Below the pieces are notes generated by a model, which was given only the letters and a program-made list of their open reading frames with translations, was not told where the DNA came from and made no database searches. From positions 8,647-72,646 of IMG/VR virus record IMGVR_UViG_3300042890_002721: a DNA stretch of 64,000 bases. One strand, 5' to 3'. Numbering within the stretch: position 1 is the stretch's first letter; each line of letters begins with the position of its first letter. Origin of the DNA: a virus. Shown piece after piece: positions 38,157 through 50,100 of this stretch. The translations under genes were made by a program, and so were the position numbers.

Positions 38157-40784
38157 CTAAGGTCTATAAAACCCATTACAATTAACACTACCATTTTTTC
38201 TACCTAAATATGTTCTTAAAATAAAACTAGTAGATGGGTTCAACATATCATGTCTCCCACCACTTGTCAATTTACAAGCATAACCAACATTATTTGTGTA
38301 TGGGTCAGTTATATTTGGAACAGCTACTGAAAATTTTCTCAAACAATTACACCCATCTGGTGTTATTATTGTATGACTACCATCTTCCTTGATAAAATCA
38401 ATATAACCATCTTTAGGTGTTGGGGCAGCTAACCATCCACATGCTAAAGTACACCCACATTTACCACCACCATCACAACAAACATAACCAGAATTAACCA
38501 CAACACCATTCACGACTTCAGTGTTTATAAATGGTGTACCGTTAAAACTTTTACAACACTCCATTGTTGTGTAAATCGAATTAAGTTCAACTGGAGAGCC
38601 ATTATTTGTGAAAATACTTCCATCACTATTATACTGATAATATGTGAAATTGTAAATACCAGTACTTGGATTATTAGTAGGTGATGTAATTAAACTATCA
38701 CTACATGAACTGGTATTAATTTCATCTTTTTTCTTTATACAAAGACTCATAACGTTATCAACACCCTCACATGGACATCCACATGCATTATTAACCGTAC
38801 CACCACTGTATGGGTCTGAAATGACCGTTGGTGTGAATACATAACAGTTTGATAAGTCTTCACCATCAAGTCCAGTTAAAGATACAGTATTAACAGTTGT
38901 GTTAGCTGTAGTTTCATCATACGTTCCAGATTGGTTGTTAACAAATAAATTGGTTGAACCAGAAGTAATCGTTTCAGCTGTTATTGTTACTGCTGAAAAA
39001 TTAGGTATTAAATTAACAAATTGGTTGATGTATTGAAAACCACCATCATAAGGTCCTAAATGTGGGTTATTACCAGTAAGTATATCTACATCAGATAACC
39101 CCCCACCAGTTTGTCTATACCATAACCCTTTATTTTGGAAATACATATCTGGTGTATCAGCCAATGGTCTTGGGAATCCGTCTGAATCAATAGGGTAAAT
39201 GCTTAAATCAGTATCCAAACCGTTTAATTCTAATACCTTTATAAATAATTCAATATCTATTGGTTCTTTGGCTTTATAAACGTATTCATTGAATTTAACA
39301 AGACCTTTTGGAGCCCCAATAAATCTAAGAAGAAATTCAATCGATTTTCTAGCACCTTTAGATTTCCAAATCCATGGTGAGTTAAGTATAAGTCTTCTCC
39401 AAAGCTCAACATCAGCTTCAGCAGCTGTTAATCCAACACTTTGACCAGAGAAACTTGAAGGTTTTCTAGTTATGTAATTTGATAATAAATTATTTTCAAC
39501 AACAGATGAAATTAAATCCCAACCTAATACTCTAGCTAAGTCTTTTAAATAGACATCTGGTGTGTTATCTTGTTTATCATATGTTACTGTATGTGCGAAT
39601 TCAATACCAGTTATTAACTTATTTACTTCATCAAATTCTCTACCATATATCCTAAGTGTTTTATTTGCTTTTTGACCAGATGTATCTTGGTCCAAATAAC
39701 TTAAATGAACTGGTGTTGTATCAAAATCTGAAATAGATTCAGTAACTAAAAATCTGTTTATTAAATCACTAGATTTTAAATCGTTTTTATTCGAAATATC
39801 TACTAATTTATTAACATAACCAATATATTGAGTTGTATCGAAATCAATATTATACCCATCAGATACTGGCCAAGTTACATCATTATTAATGTATAATACA
39901 ATACCATTATCAGTTGTTATTGGATATCTAAATGATGCTGTATAAATTGGTGTAACTTGTCTATTAAGTAAGTATGATTCGAAATCTGGTAACCCATTAA
40001 AGAATTGTTCGACTTGTTGTTCGTTTGGTTTGATATGGTAAGTAGTTGTACCACTACTAGAACCACTAAATGGATTACCAAAAGTTTTGAAAAATAAATA
40101 ATCATTTGCTTGAGTAGTTGAACCAGTGAAACCAATCAGAGGGTATTCACCACCATTAACTAATATAGAATAAGATAAATATTCAACTGTTAAATCTCTT
40201 AATGGATTATTTTCATTGAATGAATTTAAAATAGTACCATTAGCTAAATAATTAATTTGAAATTTATTGTTTATAAATCTAGTATCTACTTTAAATGTTG
40301 TTTGATTTGTAATTAAATCATAATTATTATCTTGGAATGTTGCACCACTTAAAGCATCACCATTTATATCTGAAGAGTTTGGGTTTAGGTATAATGATGC
40401 TGGCCAATTTGTTATTATTTCTTCTAATGAGACTCTAACGAATTCAGTTAAAGAACCAAACAATGCATAATAATTTAAATTTGTTTTATCTAAATTAAGT
40501 TTTGGCTTTATATTATCATTTAATATTGTTTGTGATTGTACTTGTGTTAAATCTAAATCATTTAATGTAACAAATTTTGAGAACTTACTAGTAATAAATG
40601 TTTTATCATTTTTAGGTTCCATATTTGTTGTAATAGTAAAATTACCCATTGTAAACAATGTAGTTCCACTATTACTAGTTAATTGTGTTCCAACTAAATC
40701 TGGACTAAATGGTCTATATTCGATACCATTCCCAAAAAATTCTTTTTTAGCGTATCCAACGACTTTTATTCTATTATTACTCAT
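38157..40784 (-). CDS. Baseplate wedge-like protein
   Basis: LKDLAR.LGW, WRRLILN...IWKSKG.RKSIEFLLR.IG (P2 gpI/T4 gp7-like motif); Cys-rich C-terminus. Confidence 0.65.
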   Translation of the reverse strand: MSNNRIKVVGYAKKEFFGNGIEYRPFSPDLVGTQLTSNSGTTLFTMGNFTITTNMEPKNDKTFITSKFSKFVTLNDLDLTQVQSQTILNDNIKPKLNLDKTNLNYYALFGSLTEFVRVSLEEIITNWPASLYLNPNSSDINGDALSGATFQDNNYDLITNQTTFKVDTRFINNKFQINYLANGTILNSFNENNPLRDLTVEYLSYSILVNGGEYPLIGFTGSTTQANDYLFFKTFGNPFSGSSSGTTTYHIKPNEQQVEQFFNGLPDFESYLLNRQVTPIYTASFRYPITTDNGIVLYINNDVTWPVSDGYNIDFDTTQYIGYVNKLVDISNKNDLKSSDLINRFLVTESISDFDTTPVHLSYLDQDTSGQKANKTLRIYGREFDEVNKLITGIEFAHTVTYDKQDNTPDVYLKDLARVLGWDLISSVVENNLLSNYITRKPSSFSGQSVGLTAAEADVELWRRLILNSPWIWKSKGARKSIEFLLRFIGAPKGLVKFNEYVYKAKEPIDIELFIKVLELNGLDTDLSIYPIDSDGFPRPLADTPDMYFQNKGLWYRQTGGGLSDVDILTGNNPHLGPYDGGFQYINQFVNLIPNFSAVTITAETITSGSTNLFVNNQSGTYDETTANTTVNTVSLTGLDGEDLSNCYVFTPTVISDPYSGGTVNNACGCPCEGVDNVMSLCIKKKDEINTSSCSDSLITSPTNNPSTGIYNFTYYQYNSDGSIFTNNGSPVELNSIYTTMECCKSFNGTPFINTEVVNGVVVNSGYVCCDGGGKCGCTLACGWLAAPTPKDGYIDFIKEDGSHTIITPDGCNCLRKFSVAVPNITDPYTNNVGYACKLTSGGRHDMLNPSTSFILRTYLGRKNGSVNCNGFYRP

Positions 40785-40794
40785 TCTTTTTTAA

Positions 40795-41718
40795 TTATAA
40801 TGTTGTTACTGATGTAAATGATTTTGTGAAATCAATACTAGCTCTTTCTTCTCTAACCTCAAATAATGGTTTACCACTAAATTGGTCTTTGATTTCAAAC
40901 AAGTTGTATTGTTTATAAATATCATTGTTGAAGTTATAGATAGTGTAAATACCATCTTCAAGACTTTTACTTTGATTACCAAATAATGCAAATGCTAGAG
41001 TCTCAACATCATGTTGAACCATTTCAACCTCAACCATTATAGGGTTGAAAAATGTATTTGTTATAATTACTTGTTGGTTTGGTTGACCGATAAATGGTAC
41101 TGCATTAGGTTTAACGTTTGATGCAGAACTTGGTGATACGGTACAATAAGTCAAACTTGAGTTATCATTGAATCTATAACGAATAGCTTTTTGGTTACTA
41201 TTTGTTAAATTTTGATTAACTGGTTCAGCTCTATTGTTTGATGTAATAACCCTAAAGAAATTATTTAACTTAGCATCATCAGCAGCTGTGTTTGTGTCTA
41301 AATACTCAATTCTATAACCAACAAGTCCATTATTCTCAAATTTATTTGCAAATTGAGAGGGGATTGATGAGATATCAAATAAAACACCTTTGATGTCTGG
41401 GTATGCTGAAAGAGCACCACAGTCAACTATTTTAGTTCTAATCTCAACTGGTTTGATGTAAATTGTATAAAAACCCTTTGCACCAAATGTTGCTACGGGT
41501 AATTTAAGTGTGTACATACCACCAAAAATTTCAAATCCAGATACTCCAGATTGTGTTTTATTTGGATTATCTATTTTGAATAAAACTTCGTTAGAATCCA
41601 ATTTAATCAAGTCGTTATTACCAATCTTATCTCTAGATGGTGTGTAGTGGTAAAACACTTCTACATCATCTGGTGATATATCTGCTGGTCTTACTATACC
41701 ATACGTTCCAGTTGCCAT
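40795..41718 (-). CDS. Conserved virion structural protein
   Basis: 307 aa ORF in baseplate block. Confidence 0.65.
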   Translation of the reverse strand: MATGTYGIVRPADISPDDVEVFYHYTPSRDKIGNNDLIKLDSNEVLFKIDNPNKTQSGVSGFEIFGGMYTLKLPVATFGAKGFYTIYIKPVEIRTKIVDCGALSAYPDIKGVLFDISSIPSQFANKFENNGLVGYRIEYLDTNTAADDAKLNNFFRVITSNNRAEPVNQNLTNSNQKAIRYRFNDNSSLTYCTVSPSSASNVKPNAVPFIGQPNQQVIITNTFFNPIMVEVEMVQHDVETLAFALFGNQSKSLEDGIYTIYNFNNDIYKQYNLFEIKDQFSGKPLFEVREERASIDFTKSFTSVTTL

Positions 41719-41767
41719 AATTTTTTATCTTTGTATTAATATAACATTGTTTTGTTCAAAGTATATT

Positions 41768-42649
41768 TTATTGTTTATTTAGTTTGTAAAATCCATTACC
41801 ATATCTACTTAATTCACCTAAGTTTTTGATTTCAGATAATCTTAAATGAATATCTAACACACTAGTCTGTCCTCTATCTATAAATACGTCACTTTGTACT
41901 TCTGGTGGATTAATTATACCAAATAAATACTCTTCTTTGGTAATAGCTGATAAAGATGTGTTTGTTTCATTCCATCCCTCACCAATATATTTAAATTGAG
42001 TAAGTGGAATTGTTGAATTGATGTTATCTATCACAACACTTCTAGTTTCCCCAGTATAATCTAAATACTGTAACCCATAAATTTGATTATTAGTCCCTAA
42101 ATTACTATCATTAGGTGTGTTAAATACATATATTCTAGGTTCCCCCATAGAAAAAACCCTATCAACACCAAGTATATTTAAATTATTATAGTTAATGTAG
42201 TCTTGAGAATTGGTATCGAACCCGATTCTATACTGATTATTTCTATCATAAGACTTAACATCTTCTAATTTACTATCAGTAAACCCAGTTATTAGTGAAT
42301 TACCATAAACATAATAGTCTGATTCAACACTACTAGGCATTCTTAATATGTTTTTATTAGTACTAGTGATTCCAGTCATCGGTTGAGATGTTGCACCAGT
42401 CATAAATGGGAATGTAAAACCACTAGAACTTAATTTATCTACCAATAAAGTATAATCTGGTGATGATGGGTTATTATTATCTTTAGGTATATATTCTATA
42501 TCAGTAAATAAACCCATATCATCAACAGTTTGTGTTAAATTAATTTTTAAATAGAATGTTGTAGCCGTAATAGTTCCCCACGTAGGGCTATTATAATTTC
42601 TATCAATACTATCCTCTAATAATATTTTTCTTTTAATAACCGAACTCAT
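41768..42649 (-). CDS. Virion structural protein whose 5' end is duplicated upstream of the adjacent nuclease
   Basis: 293 aa; KEEYLFG...PEVQSDVFIDRG; start overlaps the nuclease stop. Confidence 0.65.
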   Translation of the reverse strand: MSSVIKRKILLEDSIDRNYNSPTWGTITATTFYLKINLTQTVDDMGLFTDIEYIPKDNNNPSSPDYTLLVDKLSSSGFTFPFMTGATSQPMTGITSTNKNILRMPSSVESDYYVYGNSLITGFTDSKLEDVKSYDRNNQYRIGFDTNSQDYINYNNLNILGVDRVFSMGEPRIYVFNTPNDSNLGTNNQIYGLQYLDYTGETRSVVIDNINSTIPLTQFKYIGEGWNETNTSLSAITKEEYLFGIINPPEVQSDVFIDRGQTSVLDIHLRLSEIKNLGELSRYGNGFYKLNKQ

Positions 42650-43535
42650 TTTTTAATTTTTCATTTACATCTTCGTTATAATTAACTCTAATTAACCTAA
42701 TATCATTGTTTAAACAATAGTTTGTTTTTATTAAATCTGTTTTTTTGACTCTATTAAAACCTTTCTCACCACCAAATATGTCAATTGGTTTAAAATGTTG
42801 TATTCCATCATATTCAATACATACATTATAATCTGGTAGATAAAAATCAAAAGGTAATGGTCTAATATCTTTACAATCATTAAAATATTTTTGTTTTATG
42901 AATTTTAGGTTATTACTAATTAAATAATTTCGCACCACTTTTTCACCTTTTGATTCTTTACAAATTGGACAACCTTGTCCTAAAATATGGTTATTTGTTA
43001 ATTGATTGAATTCTCCGTGTTTTGGGCAAAGTATTTTAACCTTGGTTTTTGTATTGATGTAATCGACCAAAGAATAATCATATTTATCACCATGTTTTTC
43101 TTTTGCTTGTTTTATAAATTCATATAAATTTTTTCTTTTAACACCACCACAATGTTGACACCCACTACCTAAAAGATGGCTATGTGGTGTTTGTTCGAAT
43201 TCACCATGTATCGAACAAATTATTTTAACTTTTTCATCATATTTTTTATATTCAACCAAGGAATAATCAAAGATTCCATTATGTATATTCTTAGCTTTAT
43301 TTATGAATTTATTATTAGATAAAGTTTTATTTAACTTAAATTTTTCACGACCACAATATGGACAACCTTGATTATCTAGGTGACAGTTTGGTGTTTGTTC
43401 GAATTCACCATGTATCGAACAAATTATTTTAACCTTTGTTTTATTATTTTTATAGTCGACTAATGAATAATCATAAACGTTTCCATGTATCATCGCACAT
43501 TTTACAATAAATTCATTTGTTGTTAGTTTTCTCAT
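42633..43535 (-). mobile_element. Zinc-finger-repeat plus Vsr/EDxHD-type putative homing endonuclease
   Basis: 3 YDYS..C..H..H.GC..C repeats; ESKGE, PLPFDFYLP, IEYDGIQH; CTTTT-N13-TATTTATA at 43540-43565. Confidence 0.85.
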
Positions 43536-43565
43536 ATAATATAAATATATTGTAAAAATTAAAAG

Positions 43566-43595
43566 TTATAAAATTTTGCGTTTTAATACTTCCAT
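43566..43595 (-). pseudogene. Stranded 5' stub of gene 41768-42649
   Basis: MEVLKRKIL* versus expressed MSSVIKRKILL; its ATG overlaps the upstream TAA (TAATG coupling). Confidence 0.8.
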
Positions 43596-44410
43596 TATGT
43601 TGCTAATATTTGATATAAGTTAACCGTAGCGTTATTTGTTGAATAAGATACGTTATTTGAGTAAGTGTTATCAATTTCATAGTAGTACCCATTATTTTTC
43701 CTAACCAAAACATATCTAGTATATAATTTAGTTATCAATTGGTCTATAGGTAATGCGGCATTACTTACCATAAGGTTAGTTGACTTACCACTTTTAGCGT
43801 TTTTAAAAGATGCTCTCATATAAAGATACTTTGGTGCACCATTAATTACTAATTCATCTTTAAAATCATATATGTAATAACCTTGTGCATTACCTATAGG
43901 GTTAAGTATAGGGTTATCAACAGAGAATGTTAAAAATATCTGACTAGCTGGTATTGGTTGACCAACTGAAATATTTGGTCCACTAGTTTGGTATAAGTCC
44001 ATTGGTGTTAAGCTGGGGTATAATGTGATAAAACTGATTAAGTTTTGTATTAATGGGTTGTCACTATCGTAGAATGATAAATTAAGGAATGTTTGTTTGA
44101 ACTTTTCAGTTTCAAGTTTAATATCATCATCAGTGAAACCAATATCACCATAAGTTAATTTACCATCCAAATTAACAACATATGTAATCTTATCAACATG
44201 ATTACCTAGTAAATCTGTTGGTAAGAATCTAGTTTTTTCGTAATCAATAATTGGGTTTATTGCTTTTTCAATTTCAGTTTCAACAAATACTCGCTCAATT
44301 AATTCAGATTGGTCAACCAATTGGTATTCCATATTAATAGGAATATTAATAGTAGTTGCTGTAGCACCAGACATTAATGAAAGATTTATTTTATATTGAT
44401 TAACAAGCAT
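43595..44410 (-). CDS. Virion structural protein
   Basis: 271 aa; INPIIDYEK.RF, F..TFL.L.FYDS. Confidence 0.65.
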   Translation of the reverse strand: MLVNQYKINLSLMSGATATTINIPINMEYQLVDQSELIERVFVETEIEKAINPIIDYEKTRFLPTDLLGNHVDKITYVVNLDGKLTYGDIGFTDDDIKLETEKFKQTFLNLSFYDSDNPLIQNLISFITLYPSLTPMDLYQTSGPNISVGQPIPASQIFLTFSVDNPILNPIGNAQGYYIYDFKDELVINGAPKYLYMRASFKNAKSGKSTNLMVSNAALPIDQLITKLYTRYVLVRKNNGYYYEIDNTYSNNVSYSTNNATVNLYQILAT

Positions 44411-45299
44411 AATATTGTTTTAATTTATTAGTTATTTTTTCATCATATTTAATAATTATCAAATCAATTTGTTTATCAACACAATAATTTAATTTTATTC
44501 TATCTCTTTTTTGTTGTTGTTTAAAAACCTTAAAACCACCAAAATAATTGATTGGTTTGTAATGTTGTTCACCTTGGTACTCAATACATGTATTATAATC
44601 TGGTAAATAAAAGTCAAAAGGTAGTGGTCTAATATCTCTACAATCTGGGAATCTATGTTGTGGTAAGAAATTAATATTATTTTCTGTTAGGTATTTTCTT
44701 ATTTCAGATTCACCTTTAGACTCTTTACATATCGGGCAACCGCCACCATTTAAATGATGATTTGGTGATTTTTCAAACATTCCATGGATACTACATATTA
44801 TTTTAATTTTTTTATGCGTACTTTTATATTCTGTTAATTTATACGAATATAAAAGACCATATTTACTAATTGCTTCAGTGATAAAATCTTCAGTGGTTTT
44901 TCCTCTACCAAAACATCTACCACAACCACTACCATTTAAATGGTCATTTGGTTTTATTTCAAAAACACCATGTTTACTACAAATTATTTTAATTTTTGTT
45001 TTATTATTAAAATACTCAACTAGTGAGTAATCATATTTATCACCATATACTAAATTAGCCTTACAAATAAAATCCTCATTTACCATTCTTTGTTTTTCAC
45101 TTCTATTTTCAACACCACATTTATAACAACCACTACCATTTAAATGGCTATTTGGTGTTTGTTCAAAATTTTCATGTTCTGGACATGTTATTTTAATTTT
45201 ACTATATGAATTTACATAATTAGTTATAGAATAATCATATTTATCACCATGAATTGATTTAGCTTTAATTATGAATTCTTCAGTCGTTAATTTTTTCAT
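44400..45299 (-). mobile_element. Zinc-finger-repeat plus Vsr/EDxHD-type putative homing endonuclease
   Basis: 3 zinc repeats; ESKGE, PLPFDFYLP, IEYQGEQH; TATTTATA at 45316-45323. Confidence 0.85.
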
Positions 45300-45343
45300 T
45301 TATATTTCTTTTTATTATAAATATAACAAACATTAAAAATTTC

Positions 45344-45355
45344 ATTAACAAGCAT
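45344..45355 (-). repeat. 12-bp direct repeat ATGCTTGTTAAT (second copy at 44399-44410), encoding MLVN
   Basis: Identical copies flank the nuclease; both the upstream gene and the nuclease end in AC* across it. Confidence 0.8.
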
Positions 45356-47123
45356 CTTCTTCGGTATTAGTTGTAAATTTATCAGTCATTCGCTCACCTA
45401 ATGGGTCAGCTGGAAATTTATAATAATACAAACCCCAATTATCAAAAGCGTCTTGTCTTCTTACAAGGAAACAATCATTTGTATACATATAATGACACCC
45501 ATTTAAAAATGGGTAATCTAATGGTTTTTCATCTGATTGGTTATAACCAATGTCTAACAAGTCTCTCCATAAGTATCTACCATCACCTAAATTAACAGCA
45601 TAAGATGGAATACCTTCAGTACTACTATCACCTTGTTCTATGTAAGTTGAAAATTCTCTAATTTTAATAAGTTCATGTGCTTGATAAAAATAACCTTCTT
45701 GTCTTGGACCTAAATCTATATTTTTAAATGTTGGAGATTCACCTATTTTATCAACATATGAGAAGTTAGCTAATGTTTCTCTATTCAAAGTGTTAAACCT
45801 ATGTGATACATTAGCTAAAATCGTTTCTTGGACTTCATACATATTATATTCAACCAAATCACCATAAAAATAATTATCATTTATAGAAACTTGAGGTTCT
45901 AGTGGTGTGTGTGTCTTAAACGGTAATAACCCACCGTTATGGATTAAATTAATAGCTGGAATTGATTGTAAAAATGTATTAGTTCCACTTGTTTTTAATT
46001 CTGGTATAAATGGTGTTTCAATACCAGAAGATACTTTAGTGAATAAACTGTTGCTACTAGTTTTAATTTTAGTTAAGTATAATTCACTCAATGGTCTACC
46101 TAAATTATCAACCAAATCACTAATATCTATATCCTCATTAAATACAAATTGAGTAATTGGGTCAGAATAAACATTTTCACTAAAAGATAATTTATATGTT
46201 TCATAATCATCTTGTTCAATCATTGGTGTACTTCTAGTTTTAATTTTTTTAAATACTCTAAAATAATATTCAGATTCTTTATCTGATACCATTCTTTTCA
46301 TTCTTGAATTTGGACCAATATTACCACTATTAGGTACATCAATAACAAAATAATAATCTTTATAATCACCATTATCTAATCCAGTTCGAATAACATTATA
46401 AACACCATTATAACCAGTTGTTCCAGTAATTTTAACTGTATCACCGATTATTAAATTATGTAAACATGCAACACCAAATGCTGTCATTGATTTTGTCGCA
46501 ACTATAGCTGGTATCGCTTCTATAACCATTAACCCACCATTAACCATTGTATGTCCAGTATCGTTATGATGTGGATATGTTATTGTTAATTCCCAATTCT
46601 TAACTGATGGTGAACCATTTTGACTATTATATGGTTTGGTATCTTGGATAAAAGAAAAACGATTTCTAGTTGGTTCCATATCATAATAATTACATAAAGA
46701 AGACTTGGTTTTATCTGGTTCATTATAACCAAACCAACCATTAACTTCTTTTAAGAAATTTTTAATAGAATCAACATAATTAACATCGTTTGAATCAGCT
46801 ACATCACCATCTTTAGGATATGATGTATCAACAAAAACTAACTCATTAAAACCTTTCCACGTTTGCCAATTATTATTGGTGCTATTATCTAAATTAAATA
46901 AAGCATTTGAAATTGTAGGGTTTATTGTCCCTAAAACTCTATAATAATTACAACGTTGTCTTTCTGTGTTAAATCTTTCACCAACATTAACTATTTTATT
47001 AATTTGGTCTGGAGGTAATAACCTTTCTTTACCATCCAAATTAATCTTCAAAAACGTATCAGTATTTGTCGATTTTGTTGATGTTTCGTTGTTTAATCTT
47101 TGTTGTGTTCTATATGTAGTCAT
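45345..47123 (-). CDS. Virion structural protein
   Basis: 592 aa; F..ERQ, DNLGRPLSELYLT, WRDLLD.G, YPFLNG.HY. Confidence 0.65.
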   Translation of the reverse strand: MTTYRTQQRLNNETSTKSTNTDTFLKINLDGKERLLPPDQINKIVNVGERFNTERQRCNYYRVLGTINPTISNALFNLDNSTNNNWQTWKGFNELVFVDTSYPKDGDVADSNDVNYVDSIKNFLKEVNGWFGYNEPDKTKSSLCNYYDMEPTRNRFSFIQDTKPYNSQNGSPSVKNWELTITYPHHNDTGHTMVNGGLMVIEAIPAIVATKSMTAFGVACLHNLIIGDTVKITGTTGYNGVYNVIRTGLDNGDYKDYYFVIDVPNSGNIGPNSRMKRMVSDKESEYYFRVFKKIKTRSTPMIEQDDYETYKLSFSENVYSDPITQFVFNEDIDISDLVDNLGRPLSELYLTKIKTSSNSLFTKVSSGIETPFIPELKTSGTNTFLQSIPAINLIHNGGLLPFKTHTPLEPQVSINDNYFYGDLVEYNMYEVQETILANVSHRFNTLNRETLANFSYVDKIGESPTFKNIDLGPRQEGYFYQAHELIKIREFSTYIEQGDSSTEGIPSYAVNLGDGRYLWRDLLDIGYNQSDEKPLDYPFLNGCHYMYTNDCFLVRRQDAFDNWGLYYYKFPADPLGERMTDKFTTNTEEDAC

Positions 47124-50100
47124 TACCCATTAATTGTTTTAGTACACCCAACACTATCAGTAAGTATTGTTGTTATATTCAGATTATTGTCATAGATAGG
47201 ACTAACATAAATAGATGTTATGTTATATGGGTTACCAGTAACAGTTCCAATACCACCAGATGAACTTATATTATGTTTATATAACGATGTGATTGATGGG
47301 TTTGTATTAAGTGTTGTACTTATACTACCATTTAATTCAATCGTTGGAGTTACCATAGTTGAAGTTAATATATTTAAATCATCACTATAACAAGCTATAG
47401 TACCATATTTAGCTCTTATTTTAATACTAGTTGATACTAATGTTTTATCCACTATGAATTTTAATGGTGTTGTATTATTAACATATGGCATTGAAATATC
47501 GTGCCACTGACCATTTATATCTTGGAATTGTAAATTTGATGTTGTAGGTGCATCAAATGAATAATCTAAATACACAGTAACTAAATACCTATCAATTTTA
47601 CATTGTTTATTTAATTCACTAGTTGAGCCAGCAGTTAAAGTCATTTTTGGATTAATAGAATCAACATTTGTTATAATAGTTACTGTTTCTGGTGTTGATA
47701 AACTATCAGTAATAATCGTTGTATATGTACCAGAAACTAAACTAACTAAATTACTATTTGTAGAACTAAAACCATTAGGTCCAGTTGTTGAAAAAGAATA
47801 AGGTGGTTTACCACCTTGTGGTGTTATCGATATCTTACCATCAGTACTACCATAACATGTTGTATCTATTTTAGTTGTAACACCATTTAAAATAGGTAAC
47901 CCAGTTACTATTAATTTATCAACACTAACCATGGTACCAACACTATCGGTAATTTCAATAGTATATCCTATTGGGTCTTGAAATGGTATTCCAGTTATTA
48001 CTGAAGGTGTTGCTGGTGATGGACCTCTAACTATTGTTCCATTAGCATCTTTTAATACATATGTATATGGTTGAACACCGTTGTTTATATTATTTATTGT
48101 AATCTCACCATCATTACTAGAAACTGTTAAAGCGTTTTTACTAACAAAAGCATACGCATCTAGTGGAGCTGGACCAGAAACAACTACATCTCTACTAATT
48201 ACTCTACCTAGTGAATCAGTACCTTCAATAGTATAGGTACCCATACCCAATCCAGATATAAGTGTACTAGTATTTGATTGTATTGAGCCATTTATCGAAT
48301 AGTTAGGTCCTACTACCGTATATGATATTGGAGCTTTACCACCTATAAAACTAAATGTTATACTACCAATTTGTGTGTTACTTCCAGTTGATGTTGCTGT
48401 TGATTGAATTATAAATTCATCTCTCTTTAAAACAACACATTTAGTGAAGTATTTTGAATTCATTTTGTCTAATGATGTTTTACCTGGTAATAAACCAAAA
48501 TAAAAGAAATAAGAATGTTTAGTTTGCCCATAATCATTATCACCATTCGTGAAATTTCTAAACGATAAATAATCATTACCATTTTTAATTGGGCTAGTAA
48601 AATCATAAACACCATTATTTCCAGTATTAAAATCAGTTGTGGCACCACTAGTTGGTAAACTAAAACTAGTTGGTGAGGTAGTATTTTTATTTAATTCAAA
48701 AAATACATCTCTAAACCATTTACCATTATCATCGTCAATATCTAATGAACCAATATTACCATCTGGTGTAATAGGTGTACCAGCACTATCAAATGTAATT
48801 TCATCAATATTAACACCAAATTCACATATGTGTCTTAAATTTAAACAACCATTACTATCTACGTGAATACCAACACAATCAACGTTAAAAAATAACCCAC
48901 CATGTGTATCATTTAAATCGACAACACCAGTTGCCTCAAAAACACCTTCTTCACTAATATCTGAAACATCTGGTGGTAATTTATATGTTGTGGGGATTAA
49001 TAAATCATTAACTTTAGGAATTCCTTGCCAATCACATTCAAACACTGAACCTAAACACATTATATCAGTTGCGAATAATTTATAACCAACATTATGTGTT
49101 GAAGCAGCATAATATAATTCTCCATTAACATTTTTTATAATACCTTCTCTTAAACCACCAGTACTATAACCCCTATTTTGTGCATCAAAATCAATAATAA
49201 TGTTAGAAAAACAAGAATCAACTAAATATTGTGTATGACAGTTATTGTCTGGGTTTCCATTATTATTACTATTAACACCAGTATAATTTGGGTCATTGGT
49301 GAAATCATCACAATCATATTCACAAAACTTTTCACTACCAGGTTTTCCATTATTTTTACGTTTTTTTTTATATTTTAACAAGAAACTAAATAAAGAACCA
49401 TTAATCCAATCATTATAAAATTCGTATTGAAATAAACCCATAGATTTTGCCATTTGAAAAGCTAAACATTTAAGCATACTAACATTACTAGTGTCAACAT
49501 TACCATATTCATTTGTTAATTCAGTATAACCACTATTAAATGGTTCGCCACCAATTGTTACACAACCTGGTGCATACACCATGTTTGGTTCTTCAGATGG
49601 GCAAGTTATACTTAAACACTTAGCGTATTCTGGTTCTGGTATGTTTGGAATAGATAAACCAAACCAATTTGCAACATCAATCAATGAATTTATAAAACCT
49701 ATTATTTTTTTAATAACCCAAATAATAAAATTTATAATAGATATTATAACAGCATTAATCAATATTATTATTGTTGATAATATTGACATGATAACACAAA
49801 TATTTGTGAACATAGGGTTTACCTCTGTATCCACTCTATTATACGGGAAAGGTGTTTTATCACCAGCACATGCATCAACATTTTTAATCGCTGTCATGCC
49901 TCTTGTAGATGTTAATTTGTTTGTTTGGTATCTAGCAATGAAATTAGATACGGTATATATTTTATTCCAATGTAAATCCTTAAAACTAGAATCTTTGGTT
50001 GCTGGACCATTATTAGTTTCTGGACCAAAATTATAATCTATCTCACCTTGGGTTGATGGATTATTAGGTACTAGAAATTTACCTCTAGTTCTAAGCCTAC

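Noticed and set aside
30625-45299. IS elements/transposons
   Set aside because: No transposase motifs or terminal inverted repeats; the flanking duplicates are mostly diverged and gene-terminal.
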